DNA of 64,000 nucleotides from assembly GCA_951406725.2 (NCBI GenBank), contig OX597815.1:208754001-208818000 (forward strand), read 5' to 3'. The position numbers were made by a program, and so were the translations under genes. This document shows, in pieces, positions 26,789 to 40,787 of this stretch. Under the pieces are notes generated by a model. The model was not told where the DNA came from. It was given only the letters and a program-made list of their open reading frames with translations, and searched no databases. The DNA comes from Octopus vulgaris (Eukaryota). Position 1 is the stretch's first letter. Each line of letters begins with the position of its first letter.

Positions 26789-27757
26789 TATAGGACTGAA
26801 TCTGAAACTGTTTGTTGGTGAAGCAAATTCCTCCACTCCACAACCACACCTCCCTCTGTATTACTTCTGTTCTCTGTTAATTCACTGGATTCATTCGGTC
26901 TCTTACTGCTTAAAGCCTTTGTTGTGACATTAATTTGGATTTTATAAAGTGTTTACCTGCAAGGCTTAGGAAAATAATTTAATCTTCTCAATCTTACATT
27001 GCATTAAAAGGTTCTAAAAAGAATTTAGGTTCAGCTATTTAATATGCCATACTAGTTTGTGCCTTTTACTTGCCATTCTATGCCTTCGATAATTAACTTT
27101 CTTGCTCAAGGAGGAATTGAAACTGAATGTCAATAACATTTTGACTAAATATTCTCACAATTTGGATGCATTTTATGTTGAGAACATGGTCAAAATTCCT
27201 GTCACTGCAGCATTGTTCTGAATTTGACCCACCACAAAGCCCCTTGGGGAAGTGTTTTCTGCCGTCTCCCTCTATTGTCCACTATCTCTGAGTGAAATTT
27301 TGCTGGGCAGAAATTAACCAGAATCTTGTTGAATGTATATGTGTATGTAATTTGGTAAGAAATTGCCAACAATTCTTTGTGTTGAGTAAGAAATGGAAAA
27401 AGAAGAAGGAAAGCCTCATGTTGTATATTCTGCCTGAGTTGTACAGACAATCTCTTGTCATCTCATTATTGGAAATTCAGTGAACCTGTCACTGGTTCAA
27501 CTGAAATCTATAACTACTGACCTATTGTTTATTAATGTGTGATGTATATTAAAAAAATCTATACAATCTGCAATCATTTTAAAAATAGAGTTTATTTTAT
27601 TGATTATTGTATTCAAAATAGACAATCGCATTTATAATGTGAATAAATACCAACAGGTGAAATATTACTGTGTGAATCTAGTTTAGAGTACAGAGAACAG
27701 AAAAAGGATACCGAAAAAAGACTTCTACAAAGTATTAGGAATTTGGAAATTATGTAT

Positions 27758-28262
27758 TCATCATCATCATCATCATCGTCGTTTAACGTCCGCTTTCCAG
27801 GCTAGCATGGGTTGGGCGGTTCAACTGGGGTCTGGCAAGCCCGAAGGCTGCACCAGGCCCAGTCTGATCTGGCAGTGTTTCTACGGCTGGATGCCCTTCC
27901 TAACGCCAACCACTCCGTGAGTGTAGTGGGTGCTTTTTATGTGCCACCGACACAGGTGCCAGACGAGGCTGGCGAACGGCCACACTCGGATGGTGTTTTT
28001 TATGTGCCACCGACACAGGTGCCACACGAGACTGGCGAACGGCCACACTCGGATGGTGTTTTTTATGTGCCACCGACACAGGTGCCACACGAGACTGGCG
28101 AACGGCCACACTCGGATGGTGTTTTTTTATGTGCCATGGACACAGGTGCCAGACGAGGTTGGCGAACGGCCACGCTTGGATGGTGTCTTTTACGTGCCAC
28201 CGGCACAGAGGCCAGGCGAGGCTGGCACGGCCATGATCGGATGGTGTTTGTTACATGCCCAC
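27758..28262 (-). mobile_element. Family C (RTE 3' end) with ~5 tandem ~60-bp modules
   Basis: (CAT)n start; repeated ttttatgtgccaccgacacaggtgcca..ggcgaacggccacactcggatggtg. Confidence 0.9.
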
Positions 28263-30000
28263 AGCACAAAAAAATTTTTTCATAATTCCTTAAGGTCCAT
28301 TGTATAATTTCTGTTCTGTCAGTCGACTCTTAATTTTCTGCATAGCATAGTACCGCATGGGTGTGCATCAACCAGCCAGTCCTGAGATGCAGGACATCAC
28401 AAGAATCATTCAAATCATCCATTGTGTCTGGGGAGAGTCATTTTCCTTTTGTGCCTTATAATATAACACACTCACCGGTAAAATTTCCACTATTTTTTCT
28501 TATTTTTATTTTCCTAAAATTTTCGTTTCGTCTTGCAACCTTTTCAATAGTTTTGACTCTGTCCATTATTTACACTGCGTTTCGTTTTGTTTGTTTGTGT
28601 GCATGTGTGTGGGTCAGTGTGTGTATGTGTATGCCTACACATGTATGCATGTACGTATGTATGTATGTATGTATGTATGTATGTATGTATGTGTGTGTGT
28701 TTGCATGTGTATGTATGTATATATGTGTGTGTATGCATACGTACATATATATGTAAGTATCTTGTTTACATTCATTTTGAAGGAAAAAAGTAATTGTCTA
28801 GGAATAGAGAAAACTCTAATACCTTCATCTAGCATCCACTTCTGTTCTATAACAGAATCATTATAAAGCTGGGCTTTTGACTTAGCAAATTTTTAACTGG
28901 ATGTTATGAGTTAAACCAGTGCCAATGGCAAGCTACTTTATTTTGTCTGGATATATTGTACAAGGCTCTTACTTCCTTTCATCTTTCTTGTAAAAAATTA
29001 TCATCTTTACACAACACAATGCAAATTTTTCAAGTGTTTAATGAGGACCAAGATCTTAAAGCATGCTTAATGAGTTGTAAAAGATGTCTTTGTATCTACC
29101 AATTGAAACAAGAGATTCCCGCAGGATAGGAACATTTCGTAGACAGTATTAAACTGATTGAAGCTAAAGTTCAAATAAACTACTATAAACAGTTTATTCC
29201 AGTATAGAATTTAGCCATTTTTTTTTCCTCCCCCACATACAACAATCTCCAGCTGTAATTATTTTGATAATATGCACAACTTTTCTGCTACCTTTTGACA
29301 TCGCCTGAAAAAATACAATCACAAATGCACTTGACATTCTCTAGGCAGATGCCATGCTAGAAAAAGCAAACCATAGCGTAAATAGTTATTGACGATGCTT
29401 AACAGAGTCAAGTAACAATCATATATCGAATTGACATAAAATTATATATCTTAATTTCCTTCCCAGCAGGGTGCATTTTGTTTTCTTCCTTTTAATATGA
29501 GGAAAGTCCTATCTTTTGTTATTTATTAATCACTATTGTGTGACTGATTTTGGCAATTGAAACAGTTCTTTAGTCATATGTTTCCTGTGTTAGCTATATT
29601 TTCTGTCTACCTGCCATTATGTACTCTTTCCATTTTATTGATTTTTATATATCAACTGGTTTTATTTATTTGTTATAGATACTTTTGCATTATAATATTG
29701 CATGAATAAAATAGACAGACATTAACCCGCTGCGTTAATAAGTTAATGAGGAATTTTCCATTTTTCATTTCTCCATTTAAAACATTTGAGCTTTGTACAC
29801 ACAGACATACATGCATCACACACACACACACACACACATGCACATAAATGAGCACACGCATATATACACACACACACATGCACAAACACATCTGTGCTGA
29901 TCTGTATATATACCAGAAGTTTTGTTATATGATGTTTTAGTTGATAATTAATTGCTATTCGTCATGATGAAAACAAAAAGAATTAGAGATGGAGTGGTGA

Positions 30001-30073
<73 letters not shown>

Positions 30074-30285
30074 GATGATATCTACAGTAGAAGGGATTAT
30101 TTTCTATATATACATACATACATACATTCATACATACATACACTCACATACATGCAGATATACACACACACAAATGTGCACACACACATATACACACAGC
30201 TGTGTACACACACACACACATGCATATATATACACATCACCACTTCATTTCAAGTTATTTATATTTTCATGACAAATAGCAACTG

Positions 30286-30346
<61 letters not shown>

Positions 30347-30404
30347 GTATAACATATATAAATGCGATAATACGTATATATATAGATAGATAGATACACA
30401 TGCT

Positions 30405-30447
<43 letters not shown>

Positions 30448-30463
30448 TATAATCCCAAATTTG

Positions 30464-30516
<53 letters not shown>

Positions 30517-30656
30517 GATACATACATTTGTATATTGATATTTATTAAAACTGAAGCAGAGGGATTCTTTTGTGACTCAAGTTTCAGTTTTGATAAAAAC
30601 TATATCGTCTACAACATCTTCTGAACACATCTTTCTCACCTGTTTAACATGAAGTG

Positions 30657-30715
<59 letters not shown>

Positions 30716-30726
30716 TATATCTTCTT

Positions 30727-31101
30727 CATCATCATCCTGTGTCCATTTTCCATGCTGGCATGGAATAGATGGTTTCACTGGAACTGGTAAGCCGGAGAGC
30801 TGTACTAAACTCCTGTCTGATTTGGTTTGGTACCCACAGCTGGTTGCCCTTCCTAATGCCAACCACTCCAAGAGTACAGTGAATGCTTTTTACATGTCAT
30901 TAGCATGTGTATTCTTTATGTGTCACTGGCACAGGTGCCTTCTACATGTCATAAGCCTGAGTGCCTCTTATGGGTCACCAGCATGAGTGCCTCTTACTCA
31001 TCACCAGCACTGTCCATGACTATGATGTCACTCGGCTTGACGAGTCTTCTCAAGCACAGTAAATCACCAAATGGCTTAGTCACTTGTCATTGCCTCCACG
31101 A
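30727..31101 (-). mobile_element. Older RTE 3' end linking the ORF C-terminus to the family C UTR
   Basis: Minus strand LVEAMTSD*AIW*FTVLEKTRQAE* (compare 24485-24559) runs into family C motifs. Confidence 0.75.
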
Positions 31102-31151
31102 GAATACGTTTGTGTGTGTATTATGTAAAAAGGTCTCTGTTTATTTGACAA

Positions 31152-31552
31152 CTAGCAGTATCGTCCGGCGTTGCTCGGGTTTGTAAGGGAAATAACTATA
31201 TAAGCATTTTTAGAGATGTAAAGTATAATAGCCATCTTAATATGGCTTAACACAAAGGTGGGGAGGTGTTACTGTAGCTTTTTACGTTCTGAGATTTAAT
31301 AATACATTTTTAGAGAGTTACTTCCCTTATATAATGCCAAAAGATGCATTAAAAATTGGAAAAATTGATGGTAAATTTTTTTTTAAATCGTAGACTCATC
31401 GTAGACGCGTGCTAATACCCAGAAGGGCTCGATATGAATCACGACTATAAGATACCCGGTTTTGGTTAAACTGCACCGCAAAATGTGGGAGTAGTTAGGA
31501 ATCTAAATCGTAGGAGACAGACAGCACACAACCTCACTTTTATATATAAAGA
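31152..31552 (-). mobile_element. Non-autonomous Helitron
   Basis: Minus strand starts TC(tttatatataaaag); 3' hairpin cccgagcaacgccgga then tactgCTAG; A|T target. Confidence 0.85.
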
Positions 31553-32111
31553 TATCTATTGAATTCTTTGATCAGCTATATTGCCTCCATCTGGCTTAAA
31601 GAAAGTCATGTATTCTTTTTGAACCTTGCTAGCAACTGTGGATATTAATCCTTTAGTAGTCAGATTATTCTGTCAAATGTAATGCATTTTCATTCACATC
31701 GTTTCTAATTAATCATGCATTATTTTGCAGGTTCAAAATGGCGATGATGTAATTGCAAATTTTATAATAGCAGAGAAGGGTGGATGTGATAGACTGGATC
31801 TAACTGGCTAAAGATTAAGCAGATGGCATATTTGGCCTGGATTTGGCTGGTCTAGATGTTAAGGTTTAAAGCCTTTGACGACAACGTGGCTGTTATTTAT
31901 CTTTAGTTTGGATTTGGAATATTCAAAGGCATTCAAAGCATAACCATTTAGTGTTTTGCTTTGGCATGGCAGTGTGTGTCTAAGATGACTTTATCCAGTG
32001 TGCTCTTCTCTACTTTGGAGATGAAGCGTTTTATTTGAGGAATATTTGGCAGCTTTTGTTTTATAATTTTTATTTTTAACAATCGAATAAAGTTTTCTCA
32101 TTGATTGATTG

Positions 32112-32478
32112 TTACCAACCACATAGTTCCCGGTTCGGTACCACTGCATGGCACCTTGGGCAAATGTCTTCTATTATAGCCTCAGGCCGACCAAAGCCTT
32201 GTGAGTGGATTTGGTAGATGGAAACTGAAGGAAGCCTATCATATATATATGTATATATATGTATATGTTTGTGTGTCTGTGTTTGTCTCCCCAAGATCAT
32301 TTGACAACTGATGCTGGTGGGTTTATGTCCCTGTAACTTAGTGGTCTGGCAAAAGAGACTGATAGAATAAGTACTAGGCTTACAAGGAATAAATCCTGGG
32401 GTCGATTTCCTTGACTAAAGGCGATACTCCAGTATGGCTACAGTCAAAGGACTGAAACAAGTAAAAGGGTAAAAGAGA
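32112..32478 (+). mobile_element. SINE family A, 5'-truncated
   Basis: B box, core and tail match 8779. Confidence 0.9.
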
Positions 32479-32993
32479 TCCCTATATTTTCATATATGGA
32501 GAAAGTGAATAAGAATCATATTAGTACTTAGGAAACTTGAAAATTTAACCATGTCACATTCAGATTACTTTGTCAAGATGTAATACTTATCTATTCACAT
32601 TGTTTTGAATTCATCATGCATGACCTCATGGCTTTGAGATGATGATGATGGAATTACTTATTCTTACAGTAACATTGTAGGGCAGGTGTGAGAGGCTAGA
32701 TTTGGCCAGTTTGAACATAAAACAAGTATGGATATGGTGAGTTTGAATACTAATGGATTAAGCAACATCTGATAATTCTATGGAGAATTCTTAGAAATGA
32801 ATGATTGAAACAGAAGATTTTAGGTACAGGATTGAGCAATTATGTCTGGTTGAGGTGGGGTGGTAGTGGCATTGTTGTCTTGGCCAGTTCTGACCAATTA
32901 ATTTGAATGGAAACTTATGTGCATGTATATATATATAGTGAGGAAATCGTAAATTTGAAAGAGAAGCAGACTCTAAGTTACAGAGCAGTAGAG

Positions 32994-33163
32994 TATTTAG
33001 ATAATGGCAGTTGTGGCCAGTCTATAAGGTTTTCTTTTCAAATACTCCAGGTTTCATATCCATAAAGCTCTTAGCTGTAAAGCTAAGCAATTCATGGACA
33101 TCAAACCTGGGTATTTAAAAAGAAACCCCATACACTGGCCATAACTATCATTATCTTAAAATA
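32994..33163. repeat. Imperfect foldback (~170 bp)
   Basis: gataatggcagttgtggccagt..caggttt / aaacctgg..actggccataactatcattatc. Confidence 0.8.
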
Positions 33164-33460
33164 TCTATCTGTCTGTCTGTTAATATATCTATCTATCTAT
33201 CTATCTGTCTATCTATCTATTTTTCTATATGCTAGACCACTGGTTTTAAATTGATATTAATCAAATTAATATTCAAGTTTTCACCCTTTAAATTATACAC
33301 ATATATAATATTGATTATTAGAACAGCCCCTAGCCCTAGAAAACCTGGCCCAATAATCTTTGTCCAACCCATGCAAATGTGAAGTCAATGTTGAATTACT
33401 GTTGCTGATGGTGTGATATACAAACATACATCTGTTTGTACACACCTACATACATGCCAG

Positions 33461-33492
<32 letters not shown>

Positions 33493-34230
33493 TTGAATGT
33501 GAGTGTGTGCATGCACGTACGTATGTATGTATCGGCATTGATAATTCAACATCGACTTTTCCACGCTAGCATGGAAGGAATAATGTTAAAGAGTTTATGT
33601 TTTGGCAAAAATTAAATATATATGTTACCATTAAATGCAAATGAAATTTCATAACATCAGTGAATTTATGAATTCTTAAGATTTCATATAGTGATTATTT
33701 ATTGATTTTCATAAATATTTCTTCTTCCTGCCATTTATTCTCAGCTTATTTTATCTAACTTTTTTTTTTCTCCTAAATGTGTTCTTGCTTGATGTATACA
33801 GCCAACATTTGAGTTGTAATATTAAATGGCTAGAATGAGTGAAGGGCATCATAGTTACATTCCTGGCTTAAATCAGATATTTTATTTGTATTCTGTTTTC
33901 TTAGTTGAAGTGTAAGGTCACCGCATCAATACTACTTGTCTGTCTGTTACAACACATCTTTTCAACCTTCTGAGAAACACTTTAACCTTTCACATGAGCA
34001 TGGCAATCAAAACTCAATTTATGCAAGCGTGGATGTATACATACGTGCAGGCTTATGTTATGATGTGTGTATATTTAGTTTTGAGTGTAGATGCATTTGC
34101 ATACTTGGCTTCTTATGGTGAATGATTCCCTGGCTATTAAGCAATACTTCAGATTCATACAAGCATAGTTACCTTCTAGTCTTAATTTTTCTTTTTCCTC
34201 CTTAGCAATGCATTACAAAAGTATAAATAA

Positions 34231-34632
34231 CTAGCAGTATCGCCCGGCGTCGCTCGGGTTTGTAAGGGAAATAACTATATAAGCATCTTTAGAGAGTTAT
34301 TGCCAAAAAATAGCAAAAAAATGCATTAAAAATGGAAAATAAATGATGGTAAATTTTTTTTTAAATCGTTGACTCATCGTAGACATTTTTAGAGAGTTAC
34401 TTCCCTTATCTAATAGCGAAAAAATGCATTAAAATGGAAAAAAATGATGGTAAATTTTTTTTTAAATCATAGACTCATCGTAGACGCATGCTAATACCCA
34501 GAAGGGCTCGATATGAATCACGACTATAAGATACTCGCTTTTGGTTAAACTGCACTGCAAAATGTGGGAGTTGTTAGGAATCTAAATCGTGGGAGACAGA
34601 CAGACACACAAACTCACTTTTATTTATAAAGA
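34231..34632 (-). mobile_element. Non-autonomous Helitron (same family as 31152)
   Basis: TC...hairpin...CTAG ends; internal ~90-bp duplication. Confidence 0.85.
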
Positions 34633-34699
34633 TGTATTTTACTGGTTCATATCTAATATTCTCTTGTAAAATCCATACACCCATTCAGCTTCTCCATCC

Positions 34700-34917
34700 A
34701 CTATTCCTGGGAGAGTCATGGGAGGATAGTCTTCAGGCACCTCCTGTATAGCGTGCTGTCAGACGCAACAGCCTTTACACATTCTGGCTTGATTCCCAAG
34801 TGCAACCAACTGAAATTATGGATATCATTCAACCACCTCATTCTTGCTCTACTCTTCAGTCTCCCACTTGTTAGCTTCGCTTGAAGTATTTGTCTAGTGA
34901 TTCGGTCTGTGATGTTC
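34700..34917 (-). mobile_element. RTE (Rex3/Expander-like) C-terminal fragment
   Basis: RITRQILQAKLTSGRLKSRARMRWLNDI..W.HLGI..VASDSTLYRRCLKTILP*. Confidence 0.65.
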
Positions 34918-35439
34918 GATATCGAAATTGAAATTGAACCAATCCTATGACTGGCACCCGGCAGATGCCAGGACCCCTGGACTGGTGGTACATAAAAAGC
35001 ACTATCCAAATCGTGGCCGATGCCAGCGCCGCCTCGACTGGCTTCCGTGCCGGTGGTATGTAAAAAGCACCATCCGAATCGTGGCCGAAGCCGGTGCCGC
35101 CTCGACTGGCTTCCGTGCCGGTGGCACGTAAAAAGCACCATCCGAATCGTGGCCGATGCCAGTTCTGCCTCGACTGGCTTCCGTGCAGGTGGCATGTAAA
35201 ATGCACCAATCCAACCGTGGCCGTTGCCAGCCTCGCCTGGCACCTGTGCAGGTGGCACGTAAAATCACCCACTACACTCACGGAGTGGTTGGCGTTAGGA
35301 AGGGCATCCAGCTGTAGAAACATTGCCAGATCAGACTGGAGCCTGGTGCAGCCATCTGGCTTCCCAGATCCCGGTCGAACCGTCCAACCCATGCTAGCAT
35401 GGAGAACGGACGTTAAACGATGATGATGATGATGATGAT
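34918..35439 (+). mobile_element. Family C (RTE 3' end), tandem modules
   Basis: Matches 9922-10564. Confidence 0.88.
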
Positions 35440-35587
35440 CTAATCATGTGTCTACAGTACTGAAATTTCTCTAAGCTGGAGAGGCACCCTGTTGAATAAC
35501 ACTACCCCAGATACCTGCTGGAGGTACCCCACTCCAACCACTTTGATTTGTAACCATACTCATTTAGTTAATACCCACCATACACTT

Positions 35588-35988
35588 ACTCTTTTACTCT
35601 TTTAATTGTTTTAGTCATTTGACTGTGGCCATGCTGGAGCACCACCTTTAGTCGAGCAAGTCGACCCCAGAAATTATTCTTTGTAAGCTTAGTACTTATT
35701 CTATCGGTCTCTTTTTGCCAAACTGCTAAGTTACAGGGACGTAAACACACCAGCATCGGTTGTCAAGCGATGTTGGGGGGACAAACACAGATGCACACAC
35801 ATACATATACATATATACATATATACGACTGGCTTTTTTCAGTTTCCGTCTACGAAATCCACTCACAAGGCTTTGGCCGGCCTGAAGCTATAGCAGAAGA
35901 CACTTGCCCAAGGTGCCGTGCAGTGAGAATGAACCCAGAACCAAGTGGTTGGTAAGCAAGCTACTTACCACACAGCCACTCCTATGCC
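35588..35988 (-). mobile_element. SINE family A
   Basis: Reverse complement of the 8779 element. Confidence 0.9.
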
Positions 35989-36908
35989 TACACTTGGAAG
36001 AAAAAAAAATTATGAACTCTGTCAAAAATGATTATAAAATTGAAGACCTTCAAAAAGATGAGAGAGCAAGCATTGTACAAACTTAATCCTATTATTGTCC
36101 AGCACACATCTAAGGTCTTTGAATTGGCTGTTTGTTAATAATATGTCCTGGTTTACAGCAGAAAGCAAAAATCCTTGTGTTGTAGGTGTGCAGTGGAACT
36201 AGCTGTTGAGATATCATTTTAATGTCGACTTTTCTGTGTTTGAATGGGTCAGATGAAGTTTTCTGAGGCAAATTTTCTGTGCTTGGTTGCTTTTGCTGTT
36301 ACCAACTTTTATTTGTTTCTACACAGCCAGACGCATTCTAACAGAATATTGGAAATGAAGTCATCAATTTCCAAACAATCACATGATGTCAAAACAAGGA
36401 TTCACAAATATGCTCACACACTCTCACCTCACACACACACACACACACAGACACACACATGCTGGGCTTCTTTCAGTTTCATTCTAAGTGTGTCTTAAGA
36501 GATGAAATGTGTGACTATAGACTGTTTGATTAGATAATAACACAAGTGAGATAGAAATTAGTGGAAGTGTGTGTGGGGGTGGGTGGGGTTCTGTGGTGGT
36601 GGAGATCACGTCAAAGTAAAACAAAACAAAAAAAAAACTAATTGCATCATGTGTACTACTTTCCATTGCATGTTGGTGCCAAACTGTTAAACAGCCTGGA
36701 ACTATGTTCTCAATATCTCATTACCGAATCTCTTTTAATGTCAGTGATCACAACTTCTGCATTTTTCATTTTATTATTTTCATTCAAATAAAGCACTGGG
36801 GGCAGGGGATTTTCAGAATCATTCTTTTAGCATTCTGTGGTATGACTTCATGTTCAGTAGGATTTGTTGGGTATGAAATCTGAAATTTTCCAAATTGTGT
36901 ATTTACAT

Positions 36909-37314
36909 ACTCTTTACTCTTTACTCTTTTACTTGTTTCAGTGATCTGGCTGCGGCCATGCTGGAGCACCGCCTTTTAGTCGAGCTACTCGACCCCGGGA
37001 CTTATTCCTTTGTAAGCCCAGTACTTATTCTATCGGTCTCTTTTGCTGAACCACTAAGTAACGGGGACATAAACACACCAGCATCGGTTGTCAAACAATG
37101 CTAGGGGGACAGACACAGACACACAAACATACACACAGACATACATATATACGACAGGCTTCTTTCAGTTTATGTCTACCAAATCCACTCACAAGGCTTT
37201 GGTCGGCCCGAAGCTATAGTAGAAGACACTTGCCCAAGGTGCTACGCAATGGGACTGAACCCTGAACCATGTGGTTGGTATGCAAGCTACTTACCACACA
37301 GCCACTCCTACACC
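36909..37314 (-). mobile_element. SINE family A
   Basis: Reverse complement of the 8779 element. Confidence 0.9.
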
Positions 37315-37548
37315 TATATATATATATATATTAATAAATGAAATAAAACATGATGATGATGATGATGATATATGTACGTACCTACCTCTACATGTACATA
37401 TACACGCATATATGAGTACAGGACACCAAAAGGACGTCGAACACAAAGAGAAACGAAAACATAGACACAAACCAAAGGAACTGGACATTTTTTTAAAAAC
37501 AACAAAAAAATGGAGTACAGGAAAATACATATATATATATATAAAAAC

Positions 37549-37716
37549 ATATACAACAGGCTTCTTTCAGTTTCCGTCTATCAAATCCACTCATAAGGCA
37601 TTGGTCTGCCCAGAGCTATAGCAGAAGACACTTGCCCAAGATGCCACGCAGTGGGACTGAACCCGGAACCATGTGGTTGGTTAGCAAACTACTTACCACA
37701 CAGCCACTCCTGCGCC
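37549..37716 (-). mobile_element. SINE family A, 5' half
   Basis: Head and core only. Confidence 0.88.
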
Positions 37717-38721
37717 TATTTATATATTTTACTTTATTTTATTTGTTTTCCTGTTAACTGTGCACCTTTTCTAAAAAGCCATTCCAGCAGAAATTTGGAC
37801 TTCAAAAATATGTTAGTATAGAGAGAGAAAGTGGTTCTGTGCTGCGTATGAATATTTGAATCCATTGTCTGTTTCTGCAATACTACAAGCGTTTTTCAGA
37901 AAATAGGAAATTGCATTGAATACAAAATGGCCGGCCCAACTGCTTTATTTGAATAGAAATATCAAAATGAAAAATGTAGATTAAAACTGACTAAAAGCGT
38001 TTGTGGTGTCATATTTTATATCTTTTCTGTCATGTGTTTCTTTTGTTGCTTAGCCAGGAAAAAGGGGTCGAGAAAGGGGTTGCACTCAGAACCTTCACTG
38101 GTGCCGATGTAATATCTGGCCATTCTCTTCAGTACAGAAGGTTTTAGTTGTTTTTCTAGTTTTCCTTTTTTTTTTTTATTCGCTCCTTATATCCTCTTTT
38201 TTCTTCTTCCTTCAAATTAGAACCCTTATAAATGTCTGTTTTTTTTTTTCCTTTCTGTTTTTCCCTTCTGTTTTCTTTCATAACCCCCTACTGGAAAACT
38301 ATGATATTAAAAGACAATTTTCTGCATGAGCTAATATGGGGAACTTAACTTCTTGTCAGACTAGATGGTAGTAGCTTGGGATCCTTATAAAATATGAGAA
38401 ATTAATGGTCTTGTGCACATAACAGCTCACACTGTTTATGGCTACAAAAATTGTAGCATGTTTACTAGGAACCTTATCAACAAAAATATTTTGAAATATT
38501 TATTATATAAGTTTCTTATATTAAAAATTCTGGGGTTGGTTAAGTTTTTTATTATCTTCTCTGGTTTACTGTTGTTTTTGTTTTTTTTAATAGGATTTTG
38601 CAGTAGAGATTTTTAAAATATTAAAAAAAAAAAGGACATTGATGCATTTATAAAAGATTCATAATCTCTGTTTTATTTTCTAGTAATATTGATAAAGTAT
38701 ATTATAAAAATAATCATGATA

Positions 38722-38834
38722 GGTGCAGGAGTGGCTGTGTGGTAAGTAGCTTGCTTACCAACCACACGGTCCCAGGTTCAGTCCCACTGCGTGGCATCTT
38801 GGGCATGTGTCTTCTAGTAAAGCCTCGGGCCAAC
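38722..38834 (+). mobile_element. SINE family A head
   Basis: A/B boxes and core; truncated against another repeat tail at 38845-38975. Confidence 0.85.
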
Positions 38835-40567
38835 TCTTTCACCACTCTTTCTTCTTTTGGCCTGCTCGCTTAGCCAGCGGGATGGCGTCATTCGAAGGCT
38901 AAAACAATGCAAACGCATTGTGACCAGCGATGTGTAACAACATCTGATGGTCTGGTCGGTCACGTGATCACGTGATGTAAATATACACATACATACATGC
39001 ATAAATATATACATATATGCATGCATGCATATATGAATCCCATCGCTTGACAACCATTATCAGATTATGGAAGAATGCTAACAAAGAAGAAACTTACTCC
39101 ACGGTAAACATAGTCTTGCTATCTATCCTCTCTATACATGGTCCTTATATCTTTTCTACCCAGCATTCTTCCTTAACTTTCTTGATCACATATTACAGTG
39201 ATCTTACTTATCCTCTATTAAAAGTATCCCATTATTTCTTCTTTCTTCATTATTAACTGCCATAGTATTTATCACCATTAATCTTGTACAATCTGTTATG
39301 TTCTGATTGTAGGTATAATTTCCATATTATAATTTGTACATTAAAACAAGTCTGTGCTTGTCCTTTTTGTTCTTCTTTTCACGTTAGTACCAATTTAAAT
39401 CACTGCATCTTATATTCTTGGAATATCTTAAGAAGTAAGACACTTTTGGTTGCTTTCATTATCCATTAAATGAAAATAAGTTTTTTCTGTCTTCAACTTT
39501 TACAGATATTGTTGGTGTTTACGTAACTTTTTATTTGTTTCTGTCATAGAATTCATTTTTCCCTTCTATTATTTATAAATTCAAGAGTTTCTTTGTTACT
39601 TCATGGTGATATCAACTTGAATTTATTGCTATTTAATGATATTAAGGTGTTGCCATTTGCTATGATGATAAATGTATTTACTTTTGTTGCTTTAAGCATA
39701 GATTCTCATAAACGCACTGCTACTTTTACAACCTACATAACCAACATGTATAAACCATTTATTAATAGTAACAGTTGAGGTCACAACAATGCTAAAACTT
39801 TATCAAGTTGAATTACATGTAATATATGGGAGTTATGTTTATGAGTTCTTAAAGCTACAAACACTGGCAGAGTAATATACTTTTTTTGGTGTCTCTGGAG
39901 TATTTCTTATACACTTGTGTATTAATCCATCGATTACCACCCGACCTCAGGGCAGTGGAGTGGCAAGATTCTGTTAGAGTATTTGGAATATTACCTTGTG
40001 GTACTTGTTTTGGCTCTTGAGTTCAAATCCTGCCGAGGTGAACTTCGCCTTCCATTCCTCCAGAGCTGATGAATTTAAAAGACCAGTCATGTACTGAAGT
40101 TTATATAATTAGACTAATCCTTCCATTCAAATTTCAGGCCTTGTGTGTACGTTAGAAACAATTATAGACTGACTTTGTCTATGGTTGCAAATATAAGATA
40201 TGTTTACTTGCTGCATGTATTTGTGATCATCCATTGATTAAAAACTATATGCAAATTGTCTTAAATCTGTGAACTTTGGGACCTGGCCATTATCAGATTA
40301 TAGAAGAATGCTAAGAAAGAAGAAATTAACTCCTTGGTAAACATAGACCTGCTATCTATCTCATTCCATGCTATCTTATCAAAATTTAATCAAAGTTTAA
40401 ATCAATTAATAATTCAACTAATGATGTTTCGAAATATGTGTTTATGGTTTCATGTATTTTAAAGTCTAAAACCAGGATTCATGTATGGCAAATCATAAGT
40501 GTGGCTGAACCTTAAAAAGGTCTGATCTGCATAATTAAATGCTTGCTAATTATTGTCCTTTCTTTAA

Positions 40568-40787
40568 CCCTTTCATTACCAACCCGGCTGAAACCGGCTC
40601 TGGCTCTGGGTACAAATGTCTTGTTTTCATAAGTTTTGAATTAAAATCTTCCACCAAACCTTAGTCACAATTTATGTTCCTAAAACTAGCTGAATGATAA
40701 CTGAGTTATTTTTCTTAATTCTTTGTTATACTTAAAGTAATTGAAAGAAACACAGAGCATCTCAAAATAAATACAGTAACGAAAGGG
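40568..40787. mobile_element. piggyBac-type MITE
   Basis: TTAA|ccctttcattac ... gtaacgaaaggg|TTAA. Confidence 0.85.

Noticed and set aside
27930-28262. CRISPR-like periodic array
   Set aside because: Whole units repeat with no unique spacers, they are part of an RTE 3' UTR, and there are no cas genes; eukaryotic context
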